Origin: Anaeramoeba ignava BMAN
Taxonomy: Eukaryota; Protista; Anaeramoebae
Assembly: GCA_028826165.1 (NCBI GenBank)
Contig: JAPDFW010000099.1
Coordinates: forward strand, 62,001 to 126,000
DNA length: 64,000 nucleotides
Direction: 5' to 3'
The position numbers were made by a program, and so were the translations under genes. Within the stretch, counting starts at the first letter, position 1; the number at the start of each line of letters is the position of its first letter. Below, in pieces: positions 35,232-47,600 of the stretch. The notes under the pieces are model-generated. The model searched no databases and was not told the origin of the DNA. It was given only the letters and a program-made list of their open reading frames with translations.

Positions 35232-36942
35232 TCAAATAACAAAATAACACTCAATTTCTTCTACAAAAAATTGTCCATCACAACCTGCTAAATAATTCTT
35301 TGACTCTTGAGAAATAAACTCTATTCCATCAGGTAAACAATAACGAGATCCAAATAATCTTGCTTGACCAGTTTTCAAATCAGAAGAATTAATAGAAAAA
35401 TCTCCAAAATCAGGTCCAGAATCAGAAGGAGAACGAACTAATTCTTTTGATTTCTTGCTACTTGAAAATTTTCCAAAAGAATTTCCTTTCAAATTTTTCA
35501 AACTAAATAAAAAAGCATTTTCATCAAAAATCCATTTCTTTTTGGATTTAGGAATAAATCCAATTTGAGTAAATCCTCCAAAAATAAAATTATCTTTTGT
35601 TTTGATAATAATTAATGTTTTTCCTTTATTATCCACAAATTCATGCCATTTTTCACAATCAAATCCATCTCTTTTAGCTGAATATCCTAGTTTCATTTTG
35701 TAAAAGAATTCCTTATCATTTATCCATTTTTTCAATTTCTTCACATAAACATCTTCAATAATTATAATTGATTCTCTAAAAGGTGAACTCATTATGTTTT
35801 TAGATTTTTGTAAAATTAAACTTTCTTTTATTGATTTTAATTCTTCTTTTTCTTTTTTCTTCTCATTTTCTTTTTGCTTTTTTTCTGGATAATAAGGAAG
35901 CATTTCTTGTATTTCTTGATTCTTTTCCTCAAGTTGCAATTTCAAATTTTTGATTTCTGTTTCCAAACTTTGATTTTTTTTGATCCACTTTTTGGAAATT
36001 TTTTTTTGGGAATTTTTTTGTTTTTGATCTTTTTCTTCAATTAATGTTGTTAAATTTTGAATTTTTTCATCTTTTTGTTGGATTTCTTTTTCCAAAGTTT
36101 CAATCTTTTCAATTTTTTGTTTGTTTTGATTTTTGTTGATTATTTTTTCCATTTTTTGTAAATATGAAAAAGGAAGAAATTGTGAGAAAAATGAAGATTT
36201 TTTTAATTTTCTGAAATTAGATTCATCCATCAAAGTTTTTGAAACTTGGGAAATAAATTTTTGAACCAATCGTTTTGTTTCCATTTCTTTACATGGAGTA
36301 GATTGATTAGAGGAGTCTATTTTGTGTTGGATCCATTGCTGAATCATTTGGTAAAAATGGAAAAGTGAAGTTTTGATTTTTGGTGATTTTGAATTGAATA
36401 ATTTTATCAAGATCTTCTTCTTCTAATTCTAAAAAGGATTTCTTTTTTTTCAAATAGGAAAAATGAGTATCGATCAAATCAAGACATTTCTTGTTGATCT
36501 CAGTTGATTGAATGGAGTCATTTTGGTGGAAAATATGGCAAACATTTGATTTGGATAATTTTTGGATAATTTTCATTTCCAAAAAAGAAGAAAGAAAATC
36601 GAGTTGAAAATGATTAGCAATCAATAAAAGTGGAACCAAATCAACATTTTCATTTAAAGTGATTTTTCCTGTGTAAATATAATTGATAACCCATTCCATT
36701 GTGGTTTTTTCTGTGTTTGGAAAGTAAATTTCTGAAGATTCTTCTTGATTTAAAAACATTTTGAAAAATTCACTTCGAGATGTTAAAATTATTTTGTGAG
36801 CTTTGATTTCTGTTTTTGTTTCTCCTTTCCCAACCCAAATGGATATATCTTCGTATTTTTGTATTTTAAGGATTTTTTGGAAGTTTTTGTGTAATATTTT
36901 TGTTGCTTCTTTTTGGTTATTTTTGTTAATATTTTTATTCAT
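35232..36942 (-). CDS. Divergent BTB + coiled-coil + TLDc protein; frameshift near 36355
   Basis: EIKAHKIILTSRSEFF BTB in ORF 36307..36972; TLDc (DNKGKTLIIIKT, IFGGFT, GPDFG) in ORF 35232..36410. Confidence 0.8.
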
Positions 36943-36976
36943 TTTTGAGAGAGAAAAAATGAAAATTTTCAAACAA

Positions 36977-39040
36977 AATTGAATATAAATTAATAATGAA
37001 ATTAATTTAAAATTTATTTTTATTAATAATTATTAATTTAATTTAATTAAAAATAAATTAAAATTTAAATAAAAAAATTGGATAAAATATTAATAAATAA
37101 AATATAGATAAAATTAAATATAATTTAATAATAAATTAATTATAAAATTAATTTAAAATTTATTTTTATTAATAATTATTAATTAAATTTAATTAAAAAT
37201 AAAAATTAAAAATTTAAATAAAAATTAAATAAAAATATTAATAAATAAAATATAAATAAAATTGAATATAATTTAATAATAAATTAATTATGAAATTAAT
37301 TTAAAATTTATTTTTATTAATAATTATTAATTAAATTTAATTAAAAATAAATTAAAATTTAAATAAAAATTAGATAAAATATTAATAAATAAAAATAAAG
37401 ATAAAATTGAATATAATTGAATAATAAATTAATTATGAAATTAATCTAAAATTTATTTTTATTAATAATTATTAATTTAATTTAATTAAAAATAAATTAA
37501 AATTTAAATAAAAATTGAATAAAATATTAATAAATAAAATATAAATAAAATTGATTAAAATTTAATAATAAATTAATAATAAAATTAATTTAAAATTTAT
37601 TTTTATTAATAATTATTAATTAAATTTAATTAAAAATAAATTAAAATTTAAATAAAAAATTAGATAAAATATTAATAAATAAAATATAAATAAAATTGAA
37701 TATAATTTAATAATAAATTAATTATGAAATTAATTTAAAATTTGTTTTTATTAATAATTATTAATTAAATTTAATTAAAAATAAATTAAAATTTAAATAA
37801 AAAAATTAGATAAAATATTAATAAATAAAAATATAAATAAAATTAAATATAATTTAATAATAAATTAATAATGAAATTAATTTAAAATTTTATTTTTATT
37901 AATAATTATTAATTAAATTTAATTAAAAATAAATTAAAATTTAAATAAAAAAATTAGATAAAATATTAATAAATAAAATATAAATAAAATTGAATATAAT
38001 TTAATAATAAATTAATTATAAAATTAATTTAAAACTTATTTTTATTAATAATTATTAATTTAATTTAATTAAAAATAAATTAAAATTGAAAAATAAAAAT
38101 TAGATAAAATATTAATAAATAAAATATAGATAAAATTGAATATAATTTAATATAAATTAATTATAAAATTAATTTAAAATTTATTTTTATTAATAATTAT
38201 TAATTTAATTTAATTAAAAATAAATTAAAATTTAAATAAAAAAATTAGATAAAATATTAATAAATAAAATATAAATAAAATTGAATATAATTTAATAATA
38301 AATTAATTATAAAATTAATTTAAAATTTATTTTTATTTTTTAAATTTAATTAAAAATAAATTAAAATTTTAAAAATTTAATAAAAAATAAATTAAAATTT
38401 AAATAAAAATTGAATAAAATATAAATAAAAATAAAAAAAATATAAATAAAATTGAATATAATTTTAATAATAAATTAAATTAAAAAATTAATTTAAAATA
38501 TTTTTATAAATAAAATTAATTAATTAAATTTAATTAAAAATAAATTCTAAAATTTAAATTAAAAAATTAATTTTAAAATATTTTTATAAATAAAATTAAT
38601 TAATTAAATTTAATTAAAAATAAATTAAAATTTAAATAAAAATTTGGAATAAAATATTAATAAATAAAATATAATAAAATTAAATATAATTTAATAATAA
38701 ATTAATTATAAAATTAATCTAAAATTTATTTTTATGAAAATTTTGATTTTTAATTAAAAATAAAATTAAAATTTAAATAAAAATTAGATAAAATATTAAT
38801 AAATAAAATATAAATAAAATTGAATATAATTTAATAATAAATTAATTATAAAATTAATCTAAAATTTATTTTTATTAATAATTATTAATTTAATTTAATT
38901 AAAAATAAATTAAAATTTAAATAAAAAAATTGAATAAAATATTAATAAATAAAATATAAATAAAATTGAATATAATTGAATAATAAATTAATTATAAAAT
39001 TAATTTAAAATTTATTTTTATGAAAATTTTGATTTTTTTA
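36977..39040. repeat. AT-rich satellite, ~145-bp unit, ~14 copies
   Basis: AATTTATTTTTATTAATAATTATTAAT recurs at about 37011, 37157, 37305, 37450, 37594, 37739 and onward. Confidence 0.9.
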
Positions 39041-39197
39041 ATTGAAAATAAAAAAGAGATAAAACTCTATTTTAAAAAAAATTAAATATATAAATAAAAA
39101 AATATAAAAGAAAAAAAAATAAATAAAAAATTATTTTTATTTTTTATTTTTTATTTTTTAAAATTATTTTTCTTTAAAAAAACAAAAACAAAAACAA

Positions 39198-39788
39198 ATG
39201 ACTGAATATAAATTAGTAGTTGTAGGAGGAGGAGGAGTAGGAAAATCTGCATTAACAATTCAATTAGTACAATCACACTTTGTAGATGAATATGATCCAA
39301 CAATTGAAGATTCATATCGAAGACAAGTAGAAATTGATGAAGAAATCTGTTTATTAGACATATTAGACACAGCAGGACAAGAAGAATATTCAGCAATGCG
39401 AGATTCATATATGAGATCAGGAGAAGGATTTCTAATTGTATTTGCAATCAACTCAAGAAACTCTTTTGATGAAGTTTCTGTTTTTAAAGAGCAAATTTGC
39501 AGAGTTAAAGATTCTGACCATGTTCCTATGATTATTGTTGGTAATAAATCTGATCTTGAAAATGAAAGACAAGTTTCTTCTGGTGAAGGTCAAGATCTCG
39601 CTAAAACTTTCGGTTGTCCTTATATTGAAACTTCTGCTAAAACTAGAATTAATGTTGAAGAAGCTTTCTTTGGTTTGGTTAGAGAAATTAGAAAAGTTAA
39701 ATTCGGTAAAACTGATGATAAAAATACTGGAAAAACAACTAAAACTAAGAAAAAGAGAAAATTATTTGGAAAATGCTCTTTAATGTGA
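39198..39788 (+). CDS. ras: Ras family small GTPase (Ras/RasG-like), intronless
   Basis: [43 protein letters not shown], polybasic tail and CaaX box CSLM. Confidence 0.97.
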   Translation: MTEYKLVVVGGGGVGKSALTIQLVQSHFVDEYDPTIEDSYRRQVEIDEEICLLDILDTAGQEEYSAMRDSYMRSGEGFLIVFAINSRNSFDEVSVFKEQICRVKDSDHVPMIIVGNKSDLENERQVSSGEGQDLAKTFGCPYIETSAKTRINVEEAFFGLVREIRKVKFGKTDDKNTGKTTKTKKKRKLFGKCSLM

Positions 39789-40010
39789 ATTGATTTTATT
39801 TTCTTCTTTTGTTCCACTTTTTTTCAAATCAATTCTTTTTCTTTTTTCTTTTTTGAATTGTTTTTTTTTTTCTTCAATAAATTAATATTTTGCATTTCAA
39901 TTCTAATTTTTTAATTTTATTTCAATTTATTTCATTTCATGTTTTTGGTTTTTTATATTTATTTTTAATTTCATTTCAATTTCATGTTTTTTATATTTAT
40001 TTTTAATTTT

Positions 40011-40300
40011 CAAGATCTTGCTAAAACTAGAATTAATGTTGAAGAAGCTTTCTTTGGTTTGGTTAGAGAAATTAGAAAAGTTAAATTCGGTAAAACTGAT
40101 GATAAAAATACTGGAAAAACTACTAAAACTAAGAAAAAGAGAAAATTATTTGGAAAATGCTCTTTAATGTGAATTGATTTTATTTTCTTCTTTTGTTCCA
40201 CTTTTTTTCAAATCAATTCTTTTTCTTTTTTCTTTTTTGAATTGTTTTTTTTTTTCTTCAATAAATTAATATTTTGCATTTCAATTCTAATTTTTTAATT
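40011..40300 (+). pseudogene. Partial tandem duplicate of the Ras 3' end and 3' UTR with a 36-nt internal deletion
   Basis: Near-identical to 39591-~39915; lacks the [12 protein letters not shown] codons between two GCTAAAACT copies. Confidence 0.8.
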
Positions 40301-40340
40301 TTTTCATTTTTTAATTTTATTTCATTTTTTCATTTCTAAA

Positions 40341-41813
40341 ATGACAACTTATTTAAATTTAGAAAAACTTTCAAATGATTTAAAAAATTTATTTCAAAAT
40401 CAAAATCAAAATGAAAAAGAAAAAGAAAGTTATTTTGATTTTGAAATAATTTGTGAACAAAATAAAACTTCATTTAAAACTCATAAATCAATTCTTTCTT
40501 CAAGAAGTCAATATTTTAAATCTCTTTTTAAATCTAAAATGAAAGAATATCAAGAAAATAAATTAATTCTAAAAGATGTTTCAAGTTCAATTCTATCTTC
40601 AATTTTGAATTATGTTTATTCAGGAAAAATTGAAATTAATTCAGAAAATGCAATTCAAATTTTAATTTTTTCATCAAAATATTTAATTGATGAATTAATT
40701 AATGTTTCTTCAAAATTTATCAAAAAGAATTTACAAATTGAAACTATTGTTGATATTCTTAAATTATCTGATTCAATGAACTTAACTAAATTATTAGATT
40801 CTGCTTATCAATTTATTTTTGATAATTTTAATGAATTTATTAAAACTCCTTTTTTTCTTGAACTTGAAGAAAATCATTTAAATTCAATATTATCAAATGG
40901 TGAAATCCAAATAAATGAATTTGAACTTTTTCAATCAATAATCAAATGGGGAAAACATAAATCAAATATTAATCAAGAAAAAGAAAATGAAAAACTTGAA
41001 AAAAAAGAAAAAGAAAAAATTCAAGATCAAATTTCAAATATTATTGATAAAATCAGATTTATTGATTTCTCAAATAAAGAACTTGCAGATACTTTGAAAG
41101 AAGAATTAATTCCAAATGAAATTTCACAACAATTAATTAAATTCCAAAAACTTCAAACTCAAGAAAATGAAAATGAATTAAATCAATTTATTGAAAAACA
41201 AAATTCATTAATTTTCAAATCAAGAATGAAATTTACTTCAGCAATAATTCAAGATAAAAAACAATTAAAGAAATTAAAAGAATGGATAAATGATGATGGA
41301 TTCTTTTCCAAAATGAAATTGGGATTTTCAGCAGCAAGAGATGGATTTGATTGCGAAAAATGGCATGACAAAGTTGATAATAAAGGAAAAACATTAATTA
41401 TTATCAAAACAACTGATAATTATATTTTTGGAGGATTTACTTTAATTGGATTTACAAATGATAAATCAAAATGGAAAGAAGAAGATAGAAATGAAGATGA
41501 TGGATATATAATTGATAAAAATGCATTTATTTTCTCATTAAGAAATGATAAAAATGATCGAAAACCTGAGAAATTTTCAATTCAAAAAGGAAAAGAGGAA
41601 AATGCAATCGGATATTATTATTCAGCTTGTGGTCCAGTTTTTGGAGTTGAAGATTTTGCTTTAGAATCTGATTTACAAACGGGAAATTCGGATTTTGGAA
41701 ATACTTATAATCTTCCTAAAGGAATCAAATTCAATTCAAATGAATCTAAAAGTTATTTAGCTGGTTCTTTTGGTGAATGGCAAGTTGAGGAATTTGAAAC
41801 TTTTTTTATTTAA
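40341..41813 (+). CDS. BTB-BACK-TLDc protein
   Basis: Intact 490-aa paralog. Confidence 0.9.
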   Translation: MTTYLNLEKLSNDLKNLFQNQNQNEKEKESYFDFEIICEQNKTSFKTHKSILSSRSQYFKSLFKSKMKEYQENKLILKDVSSSILSSILNYVYSGKIEINSENAIQILIFSSKYLIDELINVSSKFIKKNLQIETIVDILKLSDSMNLTKLLDSAYQFIFDNFNEFIKTPFFLELEENHLNSILSNGEIQINEFELFQSIIKWGKHKSNINQEKENEKLEKKEKEKIQDQISNIIDKIRFIDFSNKELADTLKEELIPNEISQQLIKFQKLQTQENENELNQFIEKQNSLIFKSRMKFTSAIIQDKKQLKKLKEWINDDGFFSKMKLGFSAARDGFDCEKWHDKVDNKGKTLIIIKTTDNYIFGGFTLIGFTNDKSKWKEEDRNEDDGYIIDKNAFIFSLRNDKNDRKPEKFSIQKGKEENAIGYYYSACGPVFGVEDFALESDLQTGNSDFGNTYNLPKGIKFNSNESKSYLAGSFGEWQVEEFETFFI

Positions 41814-42137
41814 ATAAAATTCCAATTAAAATTAAAATTTAAAATTTTAATAAATCATTTTTTTCTCTTCTTTGATCATTTTTTTCTTCTTTTTGCTTTT
41901 TCCAAATTCAATTTAAAACAGTAACTTAAAAAAAAAAATTATTTTCTTTTCTTTTTTTCTTTTAATTTTAAAATTCAAATAATAAAAATAAATAAAAATT
42001 GATTTACAAATAATTCTTAATTTAATTCTAAAAAAAAAAACAACAAAAATAAACAACATATAAAATAATATAAGCAATAGAAAATAATTTTTTATTTTTT
42101 TAATTTATATTTTTTAATTTATAAACAAAAGCAAAAA

Positions 42138-43694
42138 ATGGAAACAATTCTTTACATTTTCATAATAATATTCAATATAATTTTGGTTAAGTCAATCCAA
42201 ACAAAAGAATCAAATTATTCATCATTAACAACAAATCCAAATTCAAATTCAAATTATCTTTGGCAAAAAATTCAATATATAAATTGGACTGGAGAATATG
42301 GACACAGTGTATCACTTAATGGGAATTTTTCAGTAGTTGGAGCACCAGGTTATCGAGATGGATTTTGGAGACAATATATATATCCTTATAAATTTGATGG
42401 TGAAATACATCATTCGAATTCTATCGCTCGAGCTCAAAATTATACACTTTTTGGATGGAGTGTTTCTGTTCATCTAAATTATTGTATTACAGGAGCTCCA
42501 GGTGAGAATCAAGTATGGATTAAAATGTGGAATGGATCATTTTGGAGTGATGATAGTAATTTTACTCAGTCTGGAGGTTTTGGATATAGTGTTTCAAATT
42601 ATAATTATACTTTTGCTGGTGGAACTAATGATACAGATCAAGTATTTGTTTACAGACATAATGGAACATATTGGAATCTCGAAGAAACTTTGGATGGCGA
42701 TCCAGGTTCAGGATTTGGAAGAAGTGTTGCAATATTTGATAGCTTTATTATTGTTGGTTCTTGTAATACTGGCAAAGTATCTTTTTATAAATATAACGGA
42801 ACAAATTGGATTCTTAACCAAAATATCAGTAAATCTGGAATAACAGATTTTGGATATAGTGTCTCAATTTATAATTATACTTTTGTTGTTGGTGCACCAC
42901 AATCAAATAAAGCTTTTGTTTACAGATATAATGGAATGTATTGGGCTCTTGAACAAAGTTTTAATGAAAATTCAACTCAAAATTTTGGGATAAGTGTTTC
43001 AATTTATAATACTTCTATTATTGTTGGTGATGATCTTTCAAACAAGGCATTTGCTTACAGACATAATGGAACATATTGGAATCTTGAAAAAATTTTGAAT
43101 GATTCTTTAGCTTCACAATTTGGATTTAGTGTTTCAGTTTCTGATCAACTTGCTATTATTTCTGATTATTCTGAACAAAAAGTATTTTGGTATCAATTTG
43201 GTTTAATAACACAAGCCGATATTTTTAATTGTTCATATTTCCTTTCAGGATTTAAATGCTATTGGAATGAAGTTCAATTTCAATCTGAATATCCATTTTT
43301 TTTGAATTACCAGATCAATTATGGATATGATTGGATTGATATTTTAACACCAATCCTTGATAATGGAGTTTATTTCCAAGAATTTAATTCAACAAATTAT
43401 GCTAATATCGATACACAGTCATCTTATTCAATTCAAATTCGAGTTTGTAGTAATTCATCAATTGATTGTTCTGATCCTTCTTCGATTTTCTATTTAACAC
43501 CAGAAAAAACAAGTTCATCATCATCATCAAACAAAACAACAATAATAATTATTTCAGTAGTTGTTCCAGTTGGAGTTATTTTAATTGTTGTTCTTTCCAT
43601 TATTTTGATTAAGAAAAGAAAGAAGGGTATCAAACAAATTATCAAACAAAAAGAAAAAGAACTTGTTGAAACAGGAGGAATTGAAGCAATTTAA
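42138..43694 (+). CDS. Type I membrane glycoprotein with an FG-GAP beta-propeller, Fn3-like stalk, TM helix and short basic tail
   Basis: Signal peptide; seven (F/Y)GxSVS...VVGAP-type repeats; many NxS/T sites; TM IIIIISVVVPVGVILIVVLSIILI followed by KKRKK. Confidence 0.85.
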   Translation: METILYIFIIIFNIILVKSIQTKESNYSSLTTNPNSNSNYLWQKIQYINWTGEYGHSVSLNGNFSVVGAPGYRDGFWRQYIYPYKFDGEIHHSNSIARAQNYTLFGWSVSVHLNYCITGAPGENQVWIKMWNGSFWSDDSNFTQSGGFGYSVSNYNYTFAGGTNDTDQVFVYRHNGTYWNLEETLDGDPGSGFGRSVAIFDSFIIVGSCNTGKVSFYKYNGTNWILNQNISKSGITDFGYSVSIYNYTFVVGAPQSNKAFVYRYNGMYWALEQSFNENSTQNFGISVSIYNTSIIVGDDLSNKAFAYRHNGTYWNLEKILNDSLASQFGFSVSVSDQLAIISDYSEQKVFWYQFGLITQADIFNCSYFLSGFKCYWNEVQFQSEYPFFLNYQINYGYDWIDILTPILDNGVYFQEFNSTNYANIDTQSSYSIQIRVCSNSSIDCSDPSSIFYLTPEKTSSSSSSNKTTIIIISVVVPVGVILIVVLSIILIKKRKKGIKQIIKQKEKELVETGGIEAI

Positions 43695-44320
43695 TTCAAT
43701 CCATTTCATTTTAATTTCAAATTCAATAAAACAAAAGCAATTTAATTCAATCCAAAATTTAATTCATTTTTAAATTAATATCTTAATATTTATTATTCCA
43801 ATTTTTATATTTTATTTATTAAATATTTTGATTTATTTTATTTCAATTTCAAATTCAATAAAACAAAAGCAATTTAATTCAATTCAAAATTTAATTCATT
43901 TTTAAATTAATATCTTAATATTTATTATTCCAATTTCTATATTTTATTTATTAAATATTTTGATTTATTTTATCCCAAAATTTAAAATAGAAATTAATTA
44001 TAATTTATTTATAATTTATTTTAAAATTATAACAAAATATTTATAAAATTGATTAATATCTTAATATTTATTATTTCAATTTTTATATTTTATTTATTAA
44101 ATATTTAATTTATTTTATCCCAAAATTTAAAATAGAAATTAATTATAATTTATTTATAATTTATTTTAAAATTATATCAAAATATTTATAAAATTGATTA
44201 ATATCTTAATATTTATTATTCCAATTTCTATATTTTATTTATTAAATATTTTGATTTATTTTATCCCAAAATTTAAAATGGAAATTAATTATAATTTATT
44301 TATAATTTATTTTTAAAATT
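43690..44320. repeat. AT-rich tandem repeat, ~132-146-bp unit, ~4 copies
   Basis: TAATATCTTAATATTTATTATT recurs at about 43776, 43908, 44054 and 44198. Confidence 0.8.
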
Positions 44321-44624
44321 ATAAATTTATTGTTATTTCTTTTCTCAAATTTTTTTTTCCTTTTTTTTGTTTAAATAAAAAATAAAAAAAAGTGGAATTT
44401 GATCAAAAAAAAAAAAGGAATAAAATAAAATAAAAAATTGGATTATGTCACTCATTTTTTAATTTATTTTTTTTAATTAAAATTAATTTAAATTGAATGA
44501 TGTCATTCATTTTTATTTTATTGATTTAAAAAAAAAAAAAAAGAATAAAATTTTTTTTCATTTTTTTCATTTTTTTCTTTTCTTTCTTTCTTTTAAATTT
44601 GTTTAAAAATAAATTTTTTAAATA

Positions 44625-47600
44625 ATGAATTCAAAAAAAAAATTAAATCAAATTTATAAAGCAATTAAAACAAATAATCTTAAATTTTTTGGTTCAATTT
44701 CATCTTTAAAAGATAAAGAGGATTTTGAAAAAGAAAATGAATTTTTTATAAATTATGCTCTTAAAAACAATTCATCAAATGAAATTATTCAAAAACTTAT
44801 TGAAAAAGGAACAAACCTAAATTGTGTTGATTGTTATAAAAATACACCTTTAGATATTGCTTTACAAAATAAATATTCAAATGAAATTATCAAAATATTA
44901 ATTTTCAAAGAATCTGATATAAATTACAAAAATTATTGGAATGAATTACCTTTACATATTGCTTTAAAATATAATTATTCAGATGAAATTATCAAAATAT
45001 TAATTTTCAAAGGATCTAATATTAATTCCAAAAATAATCAAAATGAAATACCTTTACATATTGCTTTAAAAAATAATTATTCAGATGAAATTATCGAATT
45101 ATTAATTTCCAAAGGATCTGATATTAATTCCAAAAATAATCAAAATGAAACACCTTTACATATTGCTTTACAAAATAAAAATCCAAATGAAATTATTGAA
45201 ATATTAATTTCCAAAGGAGCTAATATTAATTCCAAAGATAAATGGAATCAAACACCTTTATATGATGCTTTACAAAATAAATATCCAAAAGAAATTATCA
45301 AATTATTAATTTCCAAAAAATCTAATATTAATTCCAAAAATAGTCAAAATCAAATACCTTTACATATTGCTTTGAAAAATAATTATCCAAAAGAAATTAT
45401 CAAAATATTAATTTCCAAAAAATTTAATGTTAATTCCAAAAATAATCAAAATGAAATACCTTTACATATTGCTCTAAAAAATCAAAATCCGAAAGATGTA
45501 ATTCAGTTATTAATTTCCAAAGGATCTGATATTAATTCCAAAAATATATGGAATAATACACCTTTACATATTGCTTTACAAAATAAATATCCAAAAGAAA
45601 TTATCCAATTATTAATTTCCAAAGGATCTAATATTAATTCCAAAAATAATCAAAATGAAATACCTTTACATATTGCTTTGGAAAATAATTATCCAAATCA
45701 AATTATTGAATTATTAATTTCCAAAGAATCTGATATTAATTCAAAAAACAAATGGAATGAAATACCTTTACATATTGCTTTACAAAATAAATATTCAAAT
45801 GAAATTATCAAATTATTAATTTCCAAAGGATCTGATATTAATTCCAAAAATAATCAAAATCCAAATCAAATTATTGAATTATTAATTTCCAAAGAATCTG
45901 ATATTAATTCCAAAAATAATCAAAATGAAATACCTTTACATATTGCTTTACAAAATAAATATTCAAATGAAATTATTGAATTATTAATTTCCAAAGAATC
46001 TGATATTAATTCAAGAAATAATCAAGATGAAACACCTTTACATATTGCTTTACAAAATAAATATCCAAATCAAATTATTGAATTATTAATTTCCAAAGGA
46101 TCTGATATTAATTCCAAAAATAATCAAAATGAAATACCTTTACATATTACTTTAAAAAATAAATACCCAAATAAAATTATTGAATTATTAATTTCCAAAG
46201 GATCTAATATTAATTCAAAAAACAAATGGAATGAAATACCTTTACATATTACTTTACAAAATAAATATTCAAAAGAGATTATTGAATTATTAATTTCCAA
46301 AGGATCTGATATTAATTCCAAAAATAATCAAAATGAAATACCTTTACATATTGCTTTACAAAATAAATATCCAAATCAAATTATTGAATTATTAATTTTC
46401 AAAGAATCTGATATTAATTCCAAAAATAATCGGAATGAATTACCTTTATATATTGCTTTGAAAAATAAATATCCAAAAGAAATTATTGAATTATTAATTT
46501 CCAAAGGTTCTAATATTAATTCCAAAAATAATCAAAAGGAATTACCTTTACATATTACTTTACAAAATAAATATTCAAATGGAATTATCAAATTATTAAT
46601 TTCCAAAGAATCTGATATTAATTCCAAAAATAATCAAAATGAAACACCTTTACATATTGCTTTACAAAATAAATATTCAAATGAAATTATTGAATTATTA
46701 ATTTGCAAAGGTTCTGATATTAATTCAAAAAATAATAAAAATGAAATACCTTTACATATTGCCTTGAAAAATAAATATCCAAATGAAATTATTGAATTAT
46801 TAAATTCCAAAGAATCTGATATTAATTCCAAAAATAATCAAAAGGAAATACCTTTACATATTGCTTTGAAAAATAAAAATTCAAATGAAATTATTGAATT
46901 ATTAATTTCCAAAGGATCTGATCTTAATTCAAAAAACAAATGGAATGAAATACCTTTACATATTGCTTTGGAAAAAAATTATTCAAATGAAATTATCAAA
47001 TTATTAATTTCCAAAGGATCTAATATTAATTCCAAAAATAATCAAAATGAAATACCTTTACATATTGCTTTACAAAATAAATGTTCAAATCAAATTATCA
47101 AATTATTAATTTCCAAAGGATCTAATATTAATTCCAAAAATAATCAAGATGAAATACCTTTACACATTGCTTTACAAAATAAATATCCAAATCAAATTAT
47201 CAAATTATTAATTTCCAAAGGTTCTAATATTAATTCCAAAAATAATCAAGATGAAATACCTTTACACATTGCTTTACAAAATAAATATCCAAAAGAAATT
47301 ATTGAATTATTAATTTCCAAAGGTTCTAATCTTAATTTCAAAAATAATCAAGATGAAATACCTTTACATATTGCTTTACAAAATAAAAATTCAAATGAAA
47401 TTATTGAATTATTAATTTCCAAAGGATCTGATATTAATTCCAAAAATAATCAAAATGAAATACCTTTACATATTGCTTTACAAAATAAATATTCAAATGA
47501 AATTATTGAATTATTAATTTCCAAAGAATCTGATATTAATTCCAAAAATAATCAAAATGAAACAGCTTTACATATTGCTTTACAAAATAAATATCCAAAA

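Noticed and set aside
36977-39040. Regularly spaced repeats as a CRISPR array or transposon
   Set aside because: Whole units repeat with no unique spacers, no cas or transposase ORF, no terminal inverted repeats or target-site duplication; eukaryotic context.
39225-39245. Ras GGGGVGKS as an activating P-loop variant
   Set aside because: G12, G13 and Q61 are intact; Gly at position 11 is normal in fungal and amoebal Ras.
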